Source: Minwuia sp. (lineage in GTDB: Bacteria > Pseudomonadota > Alphaproteobacteria > Minwuiales > Minwuiaceae). From it: 64,000 nucleotides of DNA. A program made the position numbers and the translations under genes. Positions 50,780-60,575 of this stretch are shown here, piece after piece (positions within the stretch are counted from its first letter, which is position 1; each line of letters starts with the position of its first letter). The notes under the pieces were generated by a model. That model ran no database searches and was not told the origin of the DNA. It saw nothing but the letters and a program-made list of their open reading frames with translations. The DNA lies in the NCBI RefSeq assembly GCF_048263705.1, contig NZ_JBLXDV010000009.1:14781-78780 (forward strand), in the 5' to 3' direction.

Positions 50780-52144
50780 ATGCCAGACACTGCCGCTTCC
50801 AGCACCCATCTCACCCTGCTCGACGACCTTCTGAAACGCGCGCTGGCGCACGGCGCGGATGCCGCTGATGCGGTCATGATCCGCAGCGATTCGGTCGGTG
50901 CGTCGTGGCGGATGGGCAAGGCGGAGGATCTGGAACGGTCCGAAAGCACGGATGTAGGATTGCGCGTGATCCGGGGAAAGAAGCAGGCCGTCGTCGCGAC
51001 CACGGACCTGAACCCGGCGGGCTTCGACGAACTGGCCGAGCGCGCCATCGCCATGGCCAAGGTCAGCCCCGACGACGACTATTGCGGACTGGCAGACCCC
51101 GCACTCTACGCCACGGACCTGCAGGATCTCGATCTGGACGATCATCCCGATCAGGGGGCCGAACGCCTGATCGCGCGCGCGCGCGAGGCCGAGGAAGCGG
51201 CATTGGCGGTCAAGGGTGTGAAACAGTCCGAAGGCGGCAGCGCCTCGGTCGGGCGGACCACGATGGCGCTCGCGATCCGGGGCGAGGGTGCACGGTTCGA
51301 GGCTTCCTATTCGGCGTCCAGCCACAGCGTGTCCTGCTCGGTCATCGCCGAGGACGGGAACGGCGCCATGGAACGCGACTACGATTTCTCGTCGGCCCGT
51401 CATTTCGAGGATCTCGACAGCCCGGCCGACGTCGGACGCAGGGCCGCCGAGAACACCGTGCGCCGGGTCGGTGCGCGCAAGATGGGGTCGGGCAAGATGC
51501 CCATCGTCTATGATCCGCGCGTCTCCGGCGGTCTGGTCGGACATCTGTCGCAGGCCGTGAACGGCGCTTCGGTCGCGCGCGGCACATCGTTCCTGAAGGA
51601 GAAGATGGGCCAGAAGATCTTCGCCGACGGCATTCGCATCGTCGATGATCCGCTGCGCCAGCGCGGACTGAGATCGCGCGCGGTCGACGGTGAAGGCGTG
51701 GCCGTGCGACGGCTGAACCTGATCGATGACGGCGTGCTGCAGAGCTGGATCCTGGACACGTCGACGGCGAGACAGCTTGGCCTGGAAACCACCGGCCACG
51801 CCGGACGCGGCACCGGCGGCCCGCCCTCGCCCGGTCCGACAAATCTGTATATGGAAGCCGGCCGCCTGAGCGTGGATGACCTGATCGCGGACATTCAGGA
51901 AGGTTTCTATGTCGTGGAACTGATCGGGATGGGCGTGAACTATGTCACCGGTGACTACAGCCGCGGCGCCGCGGGTTTCTGGATCGAGAACGGCAGGATC
52001 GCGCATCCGGTCTCGGAGATGACCGTCGCGGGCAATCTGAAGGACATGTTCCGCCAGATCACCCCCGCCAGCGACCTCACCTTCCGCTACGGCGTCAACG
52101 CGCCGACCCTGCGCATCGACGGCATGACCGTCGCGGGAGCCTGA
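50780..52144 (+). CDS. pmbA: TldD/PmbA-family metalloprotease modulator PmbA (TldE)
   Basis: About 454 aa from MPDTAASSTHLTLLDDLLKRA with SD GGAGA. PmbA/TldD fold. Confidence 0.75.
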   Translation: MPDTAASSTHLTLLDDLLKRALAHGADAADAVMIRSDSVGASWRMGKAEDLERSESTDVGLRVIRGKKQAVVATTDLNPAGFDELAERAIAMAKVSPDDDYCGLADPALYATDLQDLDLDDHPDQGAERLIARAREAEEAALAVKGVKQSEGGSASVGRTTMALAIRGEGARFEASYSASSHSVSCSVIAEDGNGAMERDYDFSSARHFEDLDSPADVGRRAAENTVRRVGARKMGSGKMPIVYDPRVSGGLVGHLSQAVNGASVARGTSFLKEKMGQKIFADGIRIVDDPLRQRGLRSRAVDGEGVAVRRLNLIDDGVLQSWILDTSTARQLGLETTGHAGRGTGGPPSPGPTNLYMEAGRLSVDDLIADIQEGFYVVELIGMGVNYVTGDYSRGAAGFWIENGRIAHPVSEMTVAGNLKDMFRQITPASDLTFRYGVNAPTLRIDGMTVAGA

Positions 52145-52148
52145 TCCC

Positions 52149-52934
52149 TTGAGCCTTTCAGCGGACCTGCGCGCCGATCACAGCCTGCTTCTGTCCACCG
52201 TCCGGCAGGCAGGCGCGCTGGCGATGGACTATTTCGAGACCGATCTGAAGACCTGGGACAAGGGTGACGATCATCCGGTCACCGAAGCCGATATCGCCGT
52301 TGATACGCTGATCAAGACGAAGCTGATCGAGGCGCGCCCCGACTATGGCTGGCTTTCGGAGGAAACCGCGGACGATCTGGATCGCCTGAACAGGCGCAGG
52401 GTCTGGATATGCGATCCCATCGACGGCACGCGGGCCTTCATGCGGCAGGTGCCGGAGTTCACGGTCTGCGTAGCACTGGTGGAAGACGGCAAGCCCGTGC
52501 TGGGCGCAGTCTACAATCCGGCCAAGGACGAGTTCTTCGAAGCAACCCTGGGCGGCGGGGCGCGCCTGAACGGGCGGCGTATCAATCCGTCCGACGTGGA
52601 CAATTCAGGTGACGCCCATTTCCTGACCGGCAAGCGCAACATGACCTATTTCACCTGGCCGAAACCGGGCGAGGAGATGTTGTGCACCTGGATGAACTCC
52701 ATCGCCTACCGGATGGCACTGGTGGCGAGCGGCCGCTTCGACGCCGCCATCTCCATGGCGGGCAAGCATGACTGGGACATCGCCGCCGCCGATCTGATCC
52801 TGACCGAGGCGGGCGCGAAGTGCACCACGGTCCAGAATGGCGGGTTCATCTATAATCGCGAACGCCCCCGCCATCCCAACCTGATCGCCTGCGGCCCCAA
52901 CCTGCACGACGAGTTGCTCGACGTGCTGGGCTGA
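52149..52934 (+). CDS. inositol monophosphatase family protein (SuhB/CysQ-like)
   Basis: 261 aa, TTG start. IMPase motifs WICDPIDGT and WDIAAADLIL. Confidence 0.75.
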   Translation: MSLSADLRADHSLLLSTVRQAGALAMDYFETDLKTWDKGDDHPVTEADIAVDTLIKTKLIEARPDYGWLSEETADDLDRLNRRRVWICDPIDGTRAFMRQVPEFTVCVALVEDGKPVLGAVYNPAKDEFFEATLGGGARLNGRRINPSDVDNSGDAHFLTGKRNMTYFTWPKPGEEMLCTWMNSIAYRMALVASGRFDAAISMAGKHDWDIAAADLILTEAGAKCTTVQNGGFIYNRERPRHPNLIACGPNLHDELLDVLG

Positions 52935-52949
52935 GGCACGTGGCAACGA

Positions 52950-53786
52950 TCAGAACTTGCCGGACTGATAGTCCTGGAAGGCCTGCATGATCTCGTCCTT
53001 CGTGTTCATGACGAAGGGACCATAGCGGGCCACGGGTTCGCCGATGGGCTGGCCCGCGATCAGCAGGAAACGCGCATCTTCCAAAGCTTCGACCTCGACC
53101 CGGTCACCTTCGGTCAGCAGCACCATGTCGGCATTGCCCGCAACCGTCTCGCCGATCCGAACGCGCCCGCCGAAGACATAGACGAAGGCATTGTGGCCGG
53201 ACGGGACCGCATGATCGAACGTCTTGCCCGACGACAGGCTGACGTCGAGATAGGTCGGGCTGACCGCGATGTCCTTCACCGGACCGGACACGCCGTTGAG
53301 TTCTCCGGCGACGATCCGCACCGAGACGCCTTCGCCCAGATCCACGTCAGGAATCTCGGCGGGATCAATGTCCTGATAGCGCGGCTCGGTCATCTTGCTG
53401 CCCGACGGCAGGTTGACCCAGAGCTGGAAGCCCCACATCAGGCCATCTTCCTGTTCCGGCATCTCGGAATGGACGATGCCGCGACCGGCAGTCATCCATT
53501 GTGCGCCACCGGGTTGCAGCAGGCCGGAGTTGCCCTGGTTGTCGCGATGGCGCATGCGTCCCGCGAGCATGTAGGTCACGGTCTCGAAGCCCCGGTGCGG
53601 GTGCTCCGGGAAGCCTGCGATGTAGTCGCCGGGCTTGTCCGAACGGAACTCGTCAAGCAGCAGAAACGGATCGAAATGCTGCAGGCGCGGGCCGCCCAGG
53701 CTGCGCTTCAGCTTCACGCCCGCGCCATCCTGCGCATCGGTGCCGGGAATGATGCCCATCACCTTTCGTGTCTGTGTGTCGGTCAT
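52950..53786 (-). CDS. pirin-family protein
   Basis: 278 aa. Bicupin with HPHRGFETVTYMLAG metal-binding motif. Confidence 0.85.
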   Translation of the reverse strand: MTDTQTRKVMGIIPGTDAQDGAGVKLKRSLGGPRLQHFDPFLLLDEFRSDKPGDYIAGFPEHPHRGFETVTYMLAGRMRHRDNQGNSGLLQPGGAQWMTAGRGIVHSEMPEQEDGLMWGFQLWVNLPSGSKMTEPRYQDIDPAEIPDVDLGEGVSVRIVAGELNGVSGPVKDIAVSPTYLDVSLSSGKTFDHAVPSGHNAFVYVFGGRVRIGETVAGNADMVLLTEGDRVEVEALEDARFLLIAGQPIGEPVARYGPFVMNTKDEIMQAFQDYQSGKF

Positions 53787-53884
53787 CTGTCTGACTCCTG
53801 TTCAAATGTTGTCAAACAGGTGAGGCATCGGACATCGCGTATCAATCGCGGCGGCGGAAACGCATTGTTTCCATCGCGAGCCAC

Positions 53885-55852
53885 TCAGCCCTGCCGGGCC
53901 GCGTCGCGTTCGATCTGCTCAAGCTGCTGGCGATATTCGGGCACCAGATCGCGCAGCAGGGACAGCGTGCGTTCGGTCCGTCGCGCACCGGCATGTCCGG
54001 CCAGTTCGTCCAGCGCCCGCGCCAGAATCGCCCGGTCTGCCGTGCGTGGCGAGGCGAGCAGGACCCCATCGATCTCGGTCTCGGACAACTCTTCGGAGGC
54101 GTGCAGCAGTTCTTCGTAGAGCTTCTCGCCCGGTCGCAGTCCCGTGAACTCCAGGCTGATGTCCTTGTCCGGGACCAGTCCCGCGAGACGGATCATCATC
54201 CGCGCCAGATCCTGGATGCGCACCGGGTCGCCCATGTCCAGCACATGAATGCGTCCGGTCTTGTCATCGCGCCCGTCGCTGTGCGCGGCAGACGCCAGCA
54301 CCAGTTCCACGGCCTCGCGTATGGTCATGAAATAACGCGTGATATCCGGATGTGTGACGGTCAGCGGACCGCCGTTCGCAAGCTGGCGCTGAAACAGCGG
54401 CACGACCGACCCCGTGGAGCCCAGCACATTGCCGAAGCGCACCGTGACGAACTGGGTGCGGCGGTTGCCGCCCTGCCGCTGGGCGATGTCCAGCGACTGT
54501 GCGTAGGCTTCAGCAAGCCGCTTGGTGGCGCCCATGACGTTCGCCGGATTGACCGCCTTGTCGGTGGAAATCAGCACCATCACGCCGACCCCGTGCGCGA
54601 TGCAGGCATCGGCGACGCAGCGGGTGCCGATCACATTGGTCAGCACCGCCTCGTCGGGATTGCCCTCTGACAGGGGCACATGCTTCAGGGCGGCGGCATG
54701 AAAGACGATCTCGGGCGAGAAGTCCTCGAACATGTGCTCGACCCGCCCGGCGTCGCGCACGTCCGCCAGGAACATGCGTCGCGGCATCTCGGGGAACCGC
54801 TCGCTCACTTCCTGATCGATCGTGTACAGCGCGAATTCGGACAGTTCGGCCAGGGCGAGTTCCGAGGGTTCGAGAGCGGAAATCTGACGTACCAGTTCGC
54901 TGCCGATGGACCCTCCCGCCCCCGTCACGAGAACCCGGCGTCCCGTCACCAGCGCGCGCATGGCGTCGCGATCCAGCGCCTTCTGGGGCCGTCCCAGCAG
55001 ATCCTCGACCTCGATCTCGCGCACGACGACCTTGCTGGTAACGCCGGCTTCCAGCGCGCCGATATCTGGCAGGCGGCTGATCGGCAGAGCCAGATCCTCG
55101 GTCCGGGCCAGCAGTTCCTTCAGCAGTTCCGGTTCAAGGTTGCGCTTGGTGACGATGACCCGCTGCGGTCGCCGCCCGCGCGCCGCCAGCTGATCGACGA
55201 TGGCACCCAGTTCCGGCAGCGACCCCAGCACCGCGCGCCCGTGGATGGTGCGACCGACCTGTCCGGACCGGTCATCGATGATGCCCAGCGGATCGTAAGT
55301 CGTCTGCCCGCGGTCGACTTCCCGCAGGAACAGTTCGGCCCCCCGCCCGGCCCCGACCAGCAGCACGGGCATCCCGCCCGTTTCCCTCACCCGACCGGTC
55401 ACCGCGCCAATGCCGCCCTCAGTCAGCATGCGCAGCAGCAGACGCGGCGCGGCGATCAGGGCGACCAGCAGGAAATAGTTGATGAAGGGAACGGTCCGGG
55501 GCACGCCTTCCAGACGGTTGTAGGCGAACAGCAGCGGGAAGAAGACCAGCACGATCAACCCTGCGGCGCGCAGGATGCTGGCCAGATCACGGGTCGAGAC
55601 GTAGCGCCACACACCGCGATGCAGGCCCGAGACGTAGACGGCGACAAACGCGATCGGCAGCAGCATCGCCGATGCTTCCAGCCAGAAGTGCGACGTCTTC
55701 TCGAACCCTGCCACACCGTAGCGCAGCAGCAGGGCACCGATGAAGGCGACGGGGGCCATGGCCACGTCATAGATCAGGGACGCGAACGTCTTCCAGGTGG
55801 TGCGGGTCCGTTTCAACGCATTCTCGCTAGCTGCCTGATTCCCGACTATCAC
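53885..55852 (-). CDS. membrane-anchored nucleotide-sugar 4,6-dehydratase (CapD/WbpM/PglF family) for polysaccharide biosynthesis
   Basis: 655 aa. Four N-terminal TM helices, then extended SDR (VLVTGAGGSIGSEL ... ). Confidence 0.8.
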   Translation of the reverse strand: MIVGNQAASENALKRTRTTWKTFASLIYDVAMAPVAFIGALLLRYGVAGFEKTSHFWLEASAMLLPIAFVAVYVSGLHRGVWRYVSTRDLASILRAAGLIVLVFFPLLFAYNRLEGVPRTVPFINYFLLVALIAAPRLLLRMLTEGGIGAVTGRVRETGGMPVLLVGAGRGAELFLREVDRGQTTYDPLGIIDDRSGQVGRTIHGRAVLGSLPELGAIVDQLAARGRRPQRVIVTKRNLEPELLKELLARTEDLALPISRLPDIGALEAGVTSKVVVREIEVEDLLGRPQKALDRDAMRALVTGRRVLVTGAGGSIGSELVRQISALEPSELALAELSEFALYTIDQEVSERFPEMPRRMFLADVRDAGRVEHMFEDFSPEIVFHAAALKHVPLSEGNPDEAVLTNVIGTRCVADACIAHGVGVMVLISTDKAVNPANVMGATKRLAEAYAQSLDIAQRQGGNRRTQFVTVRFGNVLGSTGSVVPLFQRQLANGGPLTVTHPDITRYFMTIREAVELVLASAAHSDGRDDKTGRIHVLDMGDPVRIQDLARMMIRLAGLVPDKDISLEFTGLRPGEKLYEELLHASEELSETEIDGVLLASPRTADRAILARALDELAGHAGARRTERTLSLLRDLVPEYRQQLEQIERDAARQG

Positions 55853-55959
55853 GGATCGGCACGCCGTTACAGCAGCCGTTCGCGCAGCAGCCGTCGGAAA
55901 CGCGAAAGGCCCACCGGTCTCCCGGCAGGCCTTCCATCGACGTTCGTACGGCGATCAGG

Positions 55960-56376
55960 TCACTTGGGGTTGAACTGACCCTTGGCTTCCTCGATGCTTT
56001 CCATCAGGCGCTTGTTCAGGATATCGAAGGCTTCGGTCTGCGAACGCGTCGCCATCTCCGACAGTTCCTTGACCTGCGCAGCGGCCTGCTCCATGGCGGC
56101 CTTGGCGGCGGCGGCCTGCTTTTCCATGTCCATCTGGTCGCGCATGTTGGTCAGATCCTGCACGGCGGCCTGCGCATCGCTGATCGACTGCTGGGCGATC
56201 TGAACCTGGCGCTCGAACACCGCGCGGAAACCGTCCAGCACCATCTGGTTGGCGGCGGTCATGGCTTCGACGTTCTTCTGCTGCATGGAAACGAAGGCGT
56301 CCATGTCGAAGTTCGGCAGTTTCATGCCCTGAAGCTGCTTGGTGAATTCGGCAAACGGATTGGCAGGCTTGGTCAT
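55960..56376 (-). CDS. phasin family protein (PHA granule-associated)
   Basis: 138 aa from MTKPANPFAEFTKQLQGMKLPNFDMDAF. Alpha-helical, Ala/Gln/Glu-rich. Tandem paralog of the next gene. Confidence 0.8.
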   Translation of the reverse strand: MTKPANPFAEFTKQLQGMKLPNFDMDAFVSMQQKNVEAMTAANQMVLDGFRAVFERQVQIAQQSISDAQAAVQDLTNMRDQMDMEKQAAAAKAAMEQAAAQVKELSEMATRSQTEAFDILNKRLMESIEEAKGQFNPK

Positions 56377-56421
56377 TGGGATTCTCCTCAAAGGCGCTTT
56401 CGGGCACAGATCGTTCCGGTG

Positions 56422-56492
56422 CTGCACCGCAACATTCGACGGCGTTATGAAGTCAGGCCGCCCCGACGTCAAGTTCTATTTGTGCACTGCAA
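56422..56492. promoter_or_regulatory. PhaR-type operator-like motifs upstream of phasin 1
   Basis: CTGCACCGCAA at 56422-56432 and GTGCACTGCAA at 56482-56492 approximate the CTGC-N3-GCAG motif reported for Rhodobacter PhaR. Confidence 0.3.
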
Positions 56493-56564
56493 CAGCAGGG
56501 CTGACCCACGAAAAAGCCCGCCAGTTTCCCGGCGGGCCTGATCCGTGGCAGTCGAGTTTCAGGC

Positions 56565-56981
56565 TCAGTTCATCTTGAACTGGGTCTTGACCTCGTCGAT
56601 GCCGTCCATCATGCGCTTGTTCAGCACATCGAAGACTTCGTTCTGCGACTTGGCGGCCATCTCGGACAGCTCACGCATGTTCGTGGCGGCCTTTTCCATC
56701 GCGACCTTCGCGTTGGCGACCTGTTCGTCGGCGTCAATCTTGGTCTTGCCTTCGGCCATCGCCTTGACGGCGACCTGGGCTTCCTCGACCGACTGCTGTG
56801 CGATCTGCACCTGGCGCTCGAACACGGCGCGCATGCCGTCCATGGCGAGCTGGTTGGCGGCGGTCACGGCTTCGAAGTTCTTCTGCTGCATGGCGCTCAG
56901 GGCTTCCATGTCGAACATCGGCATCTTCATGTCACCAAAGGCCTTGGTGAAGTCGGCAAACGGGTTTGCTGTCTTGGTCAT
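56565..56981 (-). CDS. phasin family protein (second tandem copy)
   Basis: 138 aa, MTKTANPFADFTKAFGDMKMPMFDMEAL. About 60% identical to the neighbouring phasin. Confidence 0.8.
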   Translation of the reverse strand: MTKTANPFADFTKAFGDMKMPMFDMEALSAMQQKNFEAVTAANQLAMDGMRAVFERQVQIAQQSVEEAQVAVKAMAEGKTKIDADEQVANAKVAMEKAATNMRELSEMAAKSQNEVFDVLNKRMMDGIDEVKTQFKMN

Positions 56982-57028
56982 GGATTAATCCTCCAGTTAT
57001 GGTCGCCTTTCGGCGCTTCGATTGATTG

Positions 57029-57098
57029 CTGCACTGCAGCGTGACCCTGTTATGGATATTGCAGCGCAACACGTCAAGGGCTTTTTTGTGCACCGCAC
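57029..57098. promoter_or_regulatory. PhaR-type operator-like motifs upstream of phasin 2
   Basis: Perfect CTGCACTGCAG at 57029-57039. TTGCAGCGCAA near 57059-57069 and GTGCACCGCAC at 57088-57098. Confidence 0.35.
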
Positions 57099-57202
57099 AA
57101 TAAATTTCGAACACATTCTGCAGACCTCGCGGCGTCCGGATTCCCGGTCCGCCTTTATCGGAAGCCCGGTTTGCGCCATAACAGGACATCAGGGAGGGTG
57201 AG

Positions 57203-58009
57203 ATGACCGATCAGCAGCCACTGTTGAGAGAAGATCGCGACGGCGTCGCGTGGCTGACCATGAATCGGCCGCAGGCCCTGAATGCGCTGGATCTCGGTCT
57301 GACCCGCGCACTGCGCGGCGCATTCACCGACATCGCGAAAGACGGTGCTGTCCGCGCGGTCGTGCTCACGGGCGCGGGCCGGGCCTTTAACGCCGGTGCG
57401 GACATGGGCCTGCTGACCCGGCTTTCGGATGCCGGCGACGCGGCTGGCGATCTGGTCGCCGATGCCATCGAGAATGATTTCAATCCGATGATGCGGGCGA
57501 TGCATGCCCTGCCCGTACCTCTCATCGCCGCGGTCAACGGACCCGCCGCAGGCGGCGGTGCCTCGCTCGCGCTGACCTGCGACATCGTGGTGGCCGCCCG
57601 TTCGGCCTATTTCCAGCTCACCTTCGGCCCGAATCTGGGCATCGTGCCCGACCTGGGCGGGTCATGGCTGTTCCCGAACGGCGCAGGCCGTGCGCAGGGC
57701 CTCGGCATGGCGCTGACGGCTGAGAGGCTGCCGGCACCGGACGCCGCCGCATCCGGTCTGATCTGGAGCTGTGTCTATGACGACAGGCTGCTGGACGAGG
57801 CGGGCGGTCTGGCGAACCGGCTGGCGCGGGGACCGACGCGGGCGTACGGTCTGATCAAGGAAGCCTTCCGTGAACAGGCCACCGCAACCCTGCCGGAACA
57901 GCTGCATCTGGAAGCCCGCCTGCAACGCGAGGCAGGGCGCAGCAAAGACTTCGCGGAGGGCGTTTCCGCCTTTATCGAGGGCCGCGCGGCCCGTTTCACC
58001 GGACGATAG
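57203..58009 (+). CDS. enoyl-CoA hydratase/isomerase, PaaG/PaaF-like
   Basis: 268 aa crotonase with oxyanion-hole segments GAGRAFNAGADM and AAVNGPAAGGG. In paa context. Confidence 0.7.
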   Translation: MTDQQPLLREDRDGVAWLTMNRPQALNALDLGLTRALRGAFTDIAKDGAVRAVVLTGAGRAFNAGADMGLLTRLSDAGDAAGDLVADAIENDFNPMMRAMHALPVPLIAAVNGPAAGGGASLALTCDIVVAARSAYFQLTFGPNLGIVPDLGGSWLFPNGAGRAQGLGMALTAERLPAPDAAASGLIWSCVYDDRLLDEAGGLANRLARGPTRAYGLIKEAFREQATATLPEQLHLEARLQREAGRSKDFAEGVSAFIEGRAARFTGR

Positions 58010-58018
58010 GACACAGCC

Positions 58019-58810
58019 ATGGATTTCGACCACATCACCTATGAAACGGCGAACGGCATCGCCCGAATCACCCTGAACCGGCCGGAACGGCTGAATGCCT
58101 TTGTCCCGTCCATGCCGCTGGAGATCAAGGCAGCGGTCGATCTGGCTGACCGCGACAGGAATGTGCGCGTGATTTCCATCAGCGGCGCGGGACGCGGGTT
58201 CTGTGCCGGTGCGGATCTCGCCGCGGGCAGCGCGGCAGCGCCCGACGAGGAGCGCGACGCCGGAAGCGTGCTGGAAGTCGCCTACAATCCCATGATCCTG
58301 GCGATGCGGGATTGCGACAAGCCCATCGTGGCGCTGGTGAACGGTCCGTGTGCGGGCGCAGGGATGAGCCTCGCACTGGCCTGCGACATCATCATCGCCG
58401 CCGAGTCGGCCATCTTCCTGCAGGCCTTCTGCAACATCGGACTGGTGCCGGACGCGGGCAGCACCTGGTACCTGCCCCGCGCCGTCGGACGCGCACGCGC
58501 CATGGGCATGGCACTGCTGGGTGAGAAACTGAGCGCACGGGAAGCCGCCGAATGGGGACTAATCTGGAAATGCGTCGAAGACGACAAGCTGGCGAGTGAA
58601 GGCGAAGCCGTTCTGGGCAAACTGGCCAACGGCCCGACGCGCGGGCTGGGCCTGATCCGCAGGGCGGTCCACCATTCGTTCGAACAGTCGCTGGACGAAC
58701 AGCTGGACCTGGAGCGGGACAGCCAGCGCGTGGCCGGATCCACGAAGGATTTCGCCGAAGGCGTACAGGCCTTCATGCAGAAGCGCCCGGCGAACTTCAC
58801 CGGAGGCTGA
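58019..58810 (+). CDS. enoyl-CoA hydratase/isomerase, PaaG/PaaF-like (second copy)
   Basis: 263 aa crotonase with GAGRGFCAGADL and ALVNGPCAGAG motifs. Confidence 0.7.
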   Translation: MDFDHITYETANGIARITLNRPERLNAFVPSMPLEIKAAVDLADRDRNVRVISISGAGRGFCAGADLAAGSAAAPDEERDAGSVLEVAYNPMILAMRDCDKPIVALVNGPCAGAGMSLALACDIIIAAESAIFLQAFCNIGLVPDAGSTWYLPRAVGRARAMGMALLGEKLSAREAAEWGLIWKCVEDDKLASEGEAVLGKLANGPTRGLGLIRRAVHHSFEQSLDEQLDLERDSQRVAGSTKDFAEGVQAFMQKRPANFTGG

Positions 58811-58814
58811 CGGC

Positions 58815-59267
58815 GTGCGCATCGATGCTGACGAGGTCGCACGCCGGGCCGGAAAGGTCATGTATGCGACCGACAATGCCGCTCGCACCCACGGAATCCA
58901 TGTCGTCGAGGTCACTGCCGGGCGTTCGGTGCTGCGCATGGTGGTGCGTGACACCATGGTGAACGGTCATGATATCGGCCACGGCGGCATGACCTTCACG
59001 CTGGCGGACACAGCGATGGCCTATGCCTGCAACTCTTACAATCAGAAGGCCGTCGCCGCGATGGCGCAGATCAGCTTTCTGGCACCAACCTTTTCCGGCG
59101 ACGTGCTGACCGCGACCGCGACGGAAACCGCCTTGCGGGGCCGCACCGGCATCTATGACGTCGATGTGGTGAACCAGAAGGGCGAGACGGTGGCCAGCTT
59201 CCGCGGCCAGACGCAGACCATCAAGGGCAGGCTGGTCGACGACCTGCCCGTGACACGAGAGAGCTGA
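58815..59267 (+). CDS. paaI: hydroxyphenylacetyl-CoA thioesterase PaaI (hotdog fold)
   Basis: 150 aa. NGHDIGHGGMTFTLADTAMAYA is typical of PaaI. Confidence 0.75.
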   Translation: MRIDADEVARRAGKVMYATDNAARTHGIHVVEVTAGRSVLRMVVRDTMVNGHDIGHGGMTFTLADTAMAYACNSYNQKAVAAMAQISFLAPTFSGDVLTATATETALRGRTGIYDVDVVNQKGETVASFRGQTQTIKGRLVDDLPVTRES

Positions 59268-59270
59268 ACC

Positions 59271-60575
59271 ATGACCGACCCGCGCAGCAATCCGGACCCC
59301 ATCGAGAACGCAAGCCGGGACGAACTCACGGCTTTGCAGCTCGATCGCATGAAATGGTCGCTCGGCCACGCCTACGCCAATGTCCCGCATTATCGTGCGG
59401 CATTCGACAAGGCGGGTGCCCATCCCGACGACCTGAAGCAGCTTGCCGACCTGGCGAAGTTTCCGTTCACGGTGAAGACCGACCTGCGCGACAACTATCC
59501 CTTCGGCATGTTCGCCGTCCCCCGCGAGAAGGTCGTGCGCATCCACGCCTCGTCCGGCACCACGGGCAAGCCGACGGTCGTGGGCTACACCGAGAAGGAC
59601 ATCGACACCTGGTCCACCGTCATGGCCCGCTCGATCCGTGCCGCTGGCGGGCGGCCCGGCGACATCGTGCACGTCTCCTACGGCTACGGCCTGTTCACCG
59701 GCGGTCTGGGCGCGCACTACGGGGCCGAGCGTCTGGGCTGCTCGGTCGTGCCCTTCGGCGGCGGTCAGACCGAACGGCAGGTGCAACTGATCCGGGACTT
59801 CGGCGCGAAGATCATCATGGTGACCCCGTCCTACATGTTCGCCATCGCCGACGAGATGCAGCGCCAGGGCATGTCCATCGCCGACAACCCGCTGAAGATC
59901 GGCATCTTCGGCGCGGAACCCTGGACCGAGAAGATGCGCGCCGAGATCGAGGCCGCAACCGGCATGGACGCCGTCGACATCTTCGGCATGTCCGAAATCA
60001 TCGGCCCCGGCGTCGCGCAGGAATGCATCGAGACCAAGGACGGGCTGCACATATGGGAAGACCATTTCTACCCGGAGATCATCAATCCCGACACGGGTGA
60101 GGTGCTGCCCGACGGGGAATTCGGCGAACTGGTCATCACCTCGCTGACCAAGGAAGCCCTGCCGATGGTGCGCTATCGCACCCGCGACCTGACCCGCCTG
60201 CTGCCCGGCACGGCGCGCAGCCACCGGCGGATCGAGAAGATCACGGGCCGGTCCGACGACATGCTGATCATTCGCGGCGTGAACCTGTTCCCGACCCAGA
60301 TCGAGGAACTGCTGCTGCAGGACGGCCGGCTGAGCCCGCATTATCAGTTGCAGGTGGATCGCCCGGGCGCGATGGACGAACTGACGGTCCGCGTCGAACC
60401 GAAGGTCGAAAGCGCGGGCGACCCGCAGGCCGTCGCCGCCGCAGGCCAGCAGCTCCGCGCGCGAATCAAGACCATGTGCGGCGTCACCGCGAAGATCGAG
60501 ATCAACGACGTCGGCGGCGTCGCCCGCAGCCAGGGCAAGGCGCAGCGTATCGTGGACAACCGCCCGAAGGGATGA
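59271..60575 (+). CDS. paaK: phenylacetate-CoA ligase PaaK
   Basis: 434 aa. ASSGTTGKPT AMP-binding motif. N-terminal PaaK-specific region (LQLDRMKWSLGHAYANVPHYR). Confidence 0.8.
   Translation: MTDPRSNPDPIENASRDELTALQLDRMKWSLGHAYANVPHYRAAFDKAGAHPDDLKQLADLAKFPFTVKTDLRDNYPFGMFAVPREKVVRIHASSGTTGKPTVVGYTEKDIDTWSTVMARSIRAAGGRPGDIVHVSYGYGLFTGGLGAHYGAERLGCSVVPFGGGQTERQVQLIRDFGAKIIMVTPSYMFAIADEMQRQGMSIADNPLKIGIFGAEPWTEKMRAEIEAATGMDAVDIFGMSEIIGPGVAQECIETKDGLHIWEDHFYPEIINPDTGEVLPDGEFGELVITSLTKEALPMVRYRTRDLTRLLPGTARSHRRIEKITGRSDDMLIIRGVNLFPTQIEELLLQDGRLSPHYQLQVDRPGAMDELTVRVEPKVESAGDPQAVAAAGQQLRARIKTMCGVTAKIEINDVGGVARSQGKAQRIVDNRPKG

Noticed and set aside
50726-55978. Long antisense ORFs opposite pmbA, pirin and the CapD-like genes
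   Set aside because: Same reasoning. The sense genes have family motifs and the antisense frames do not.
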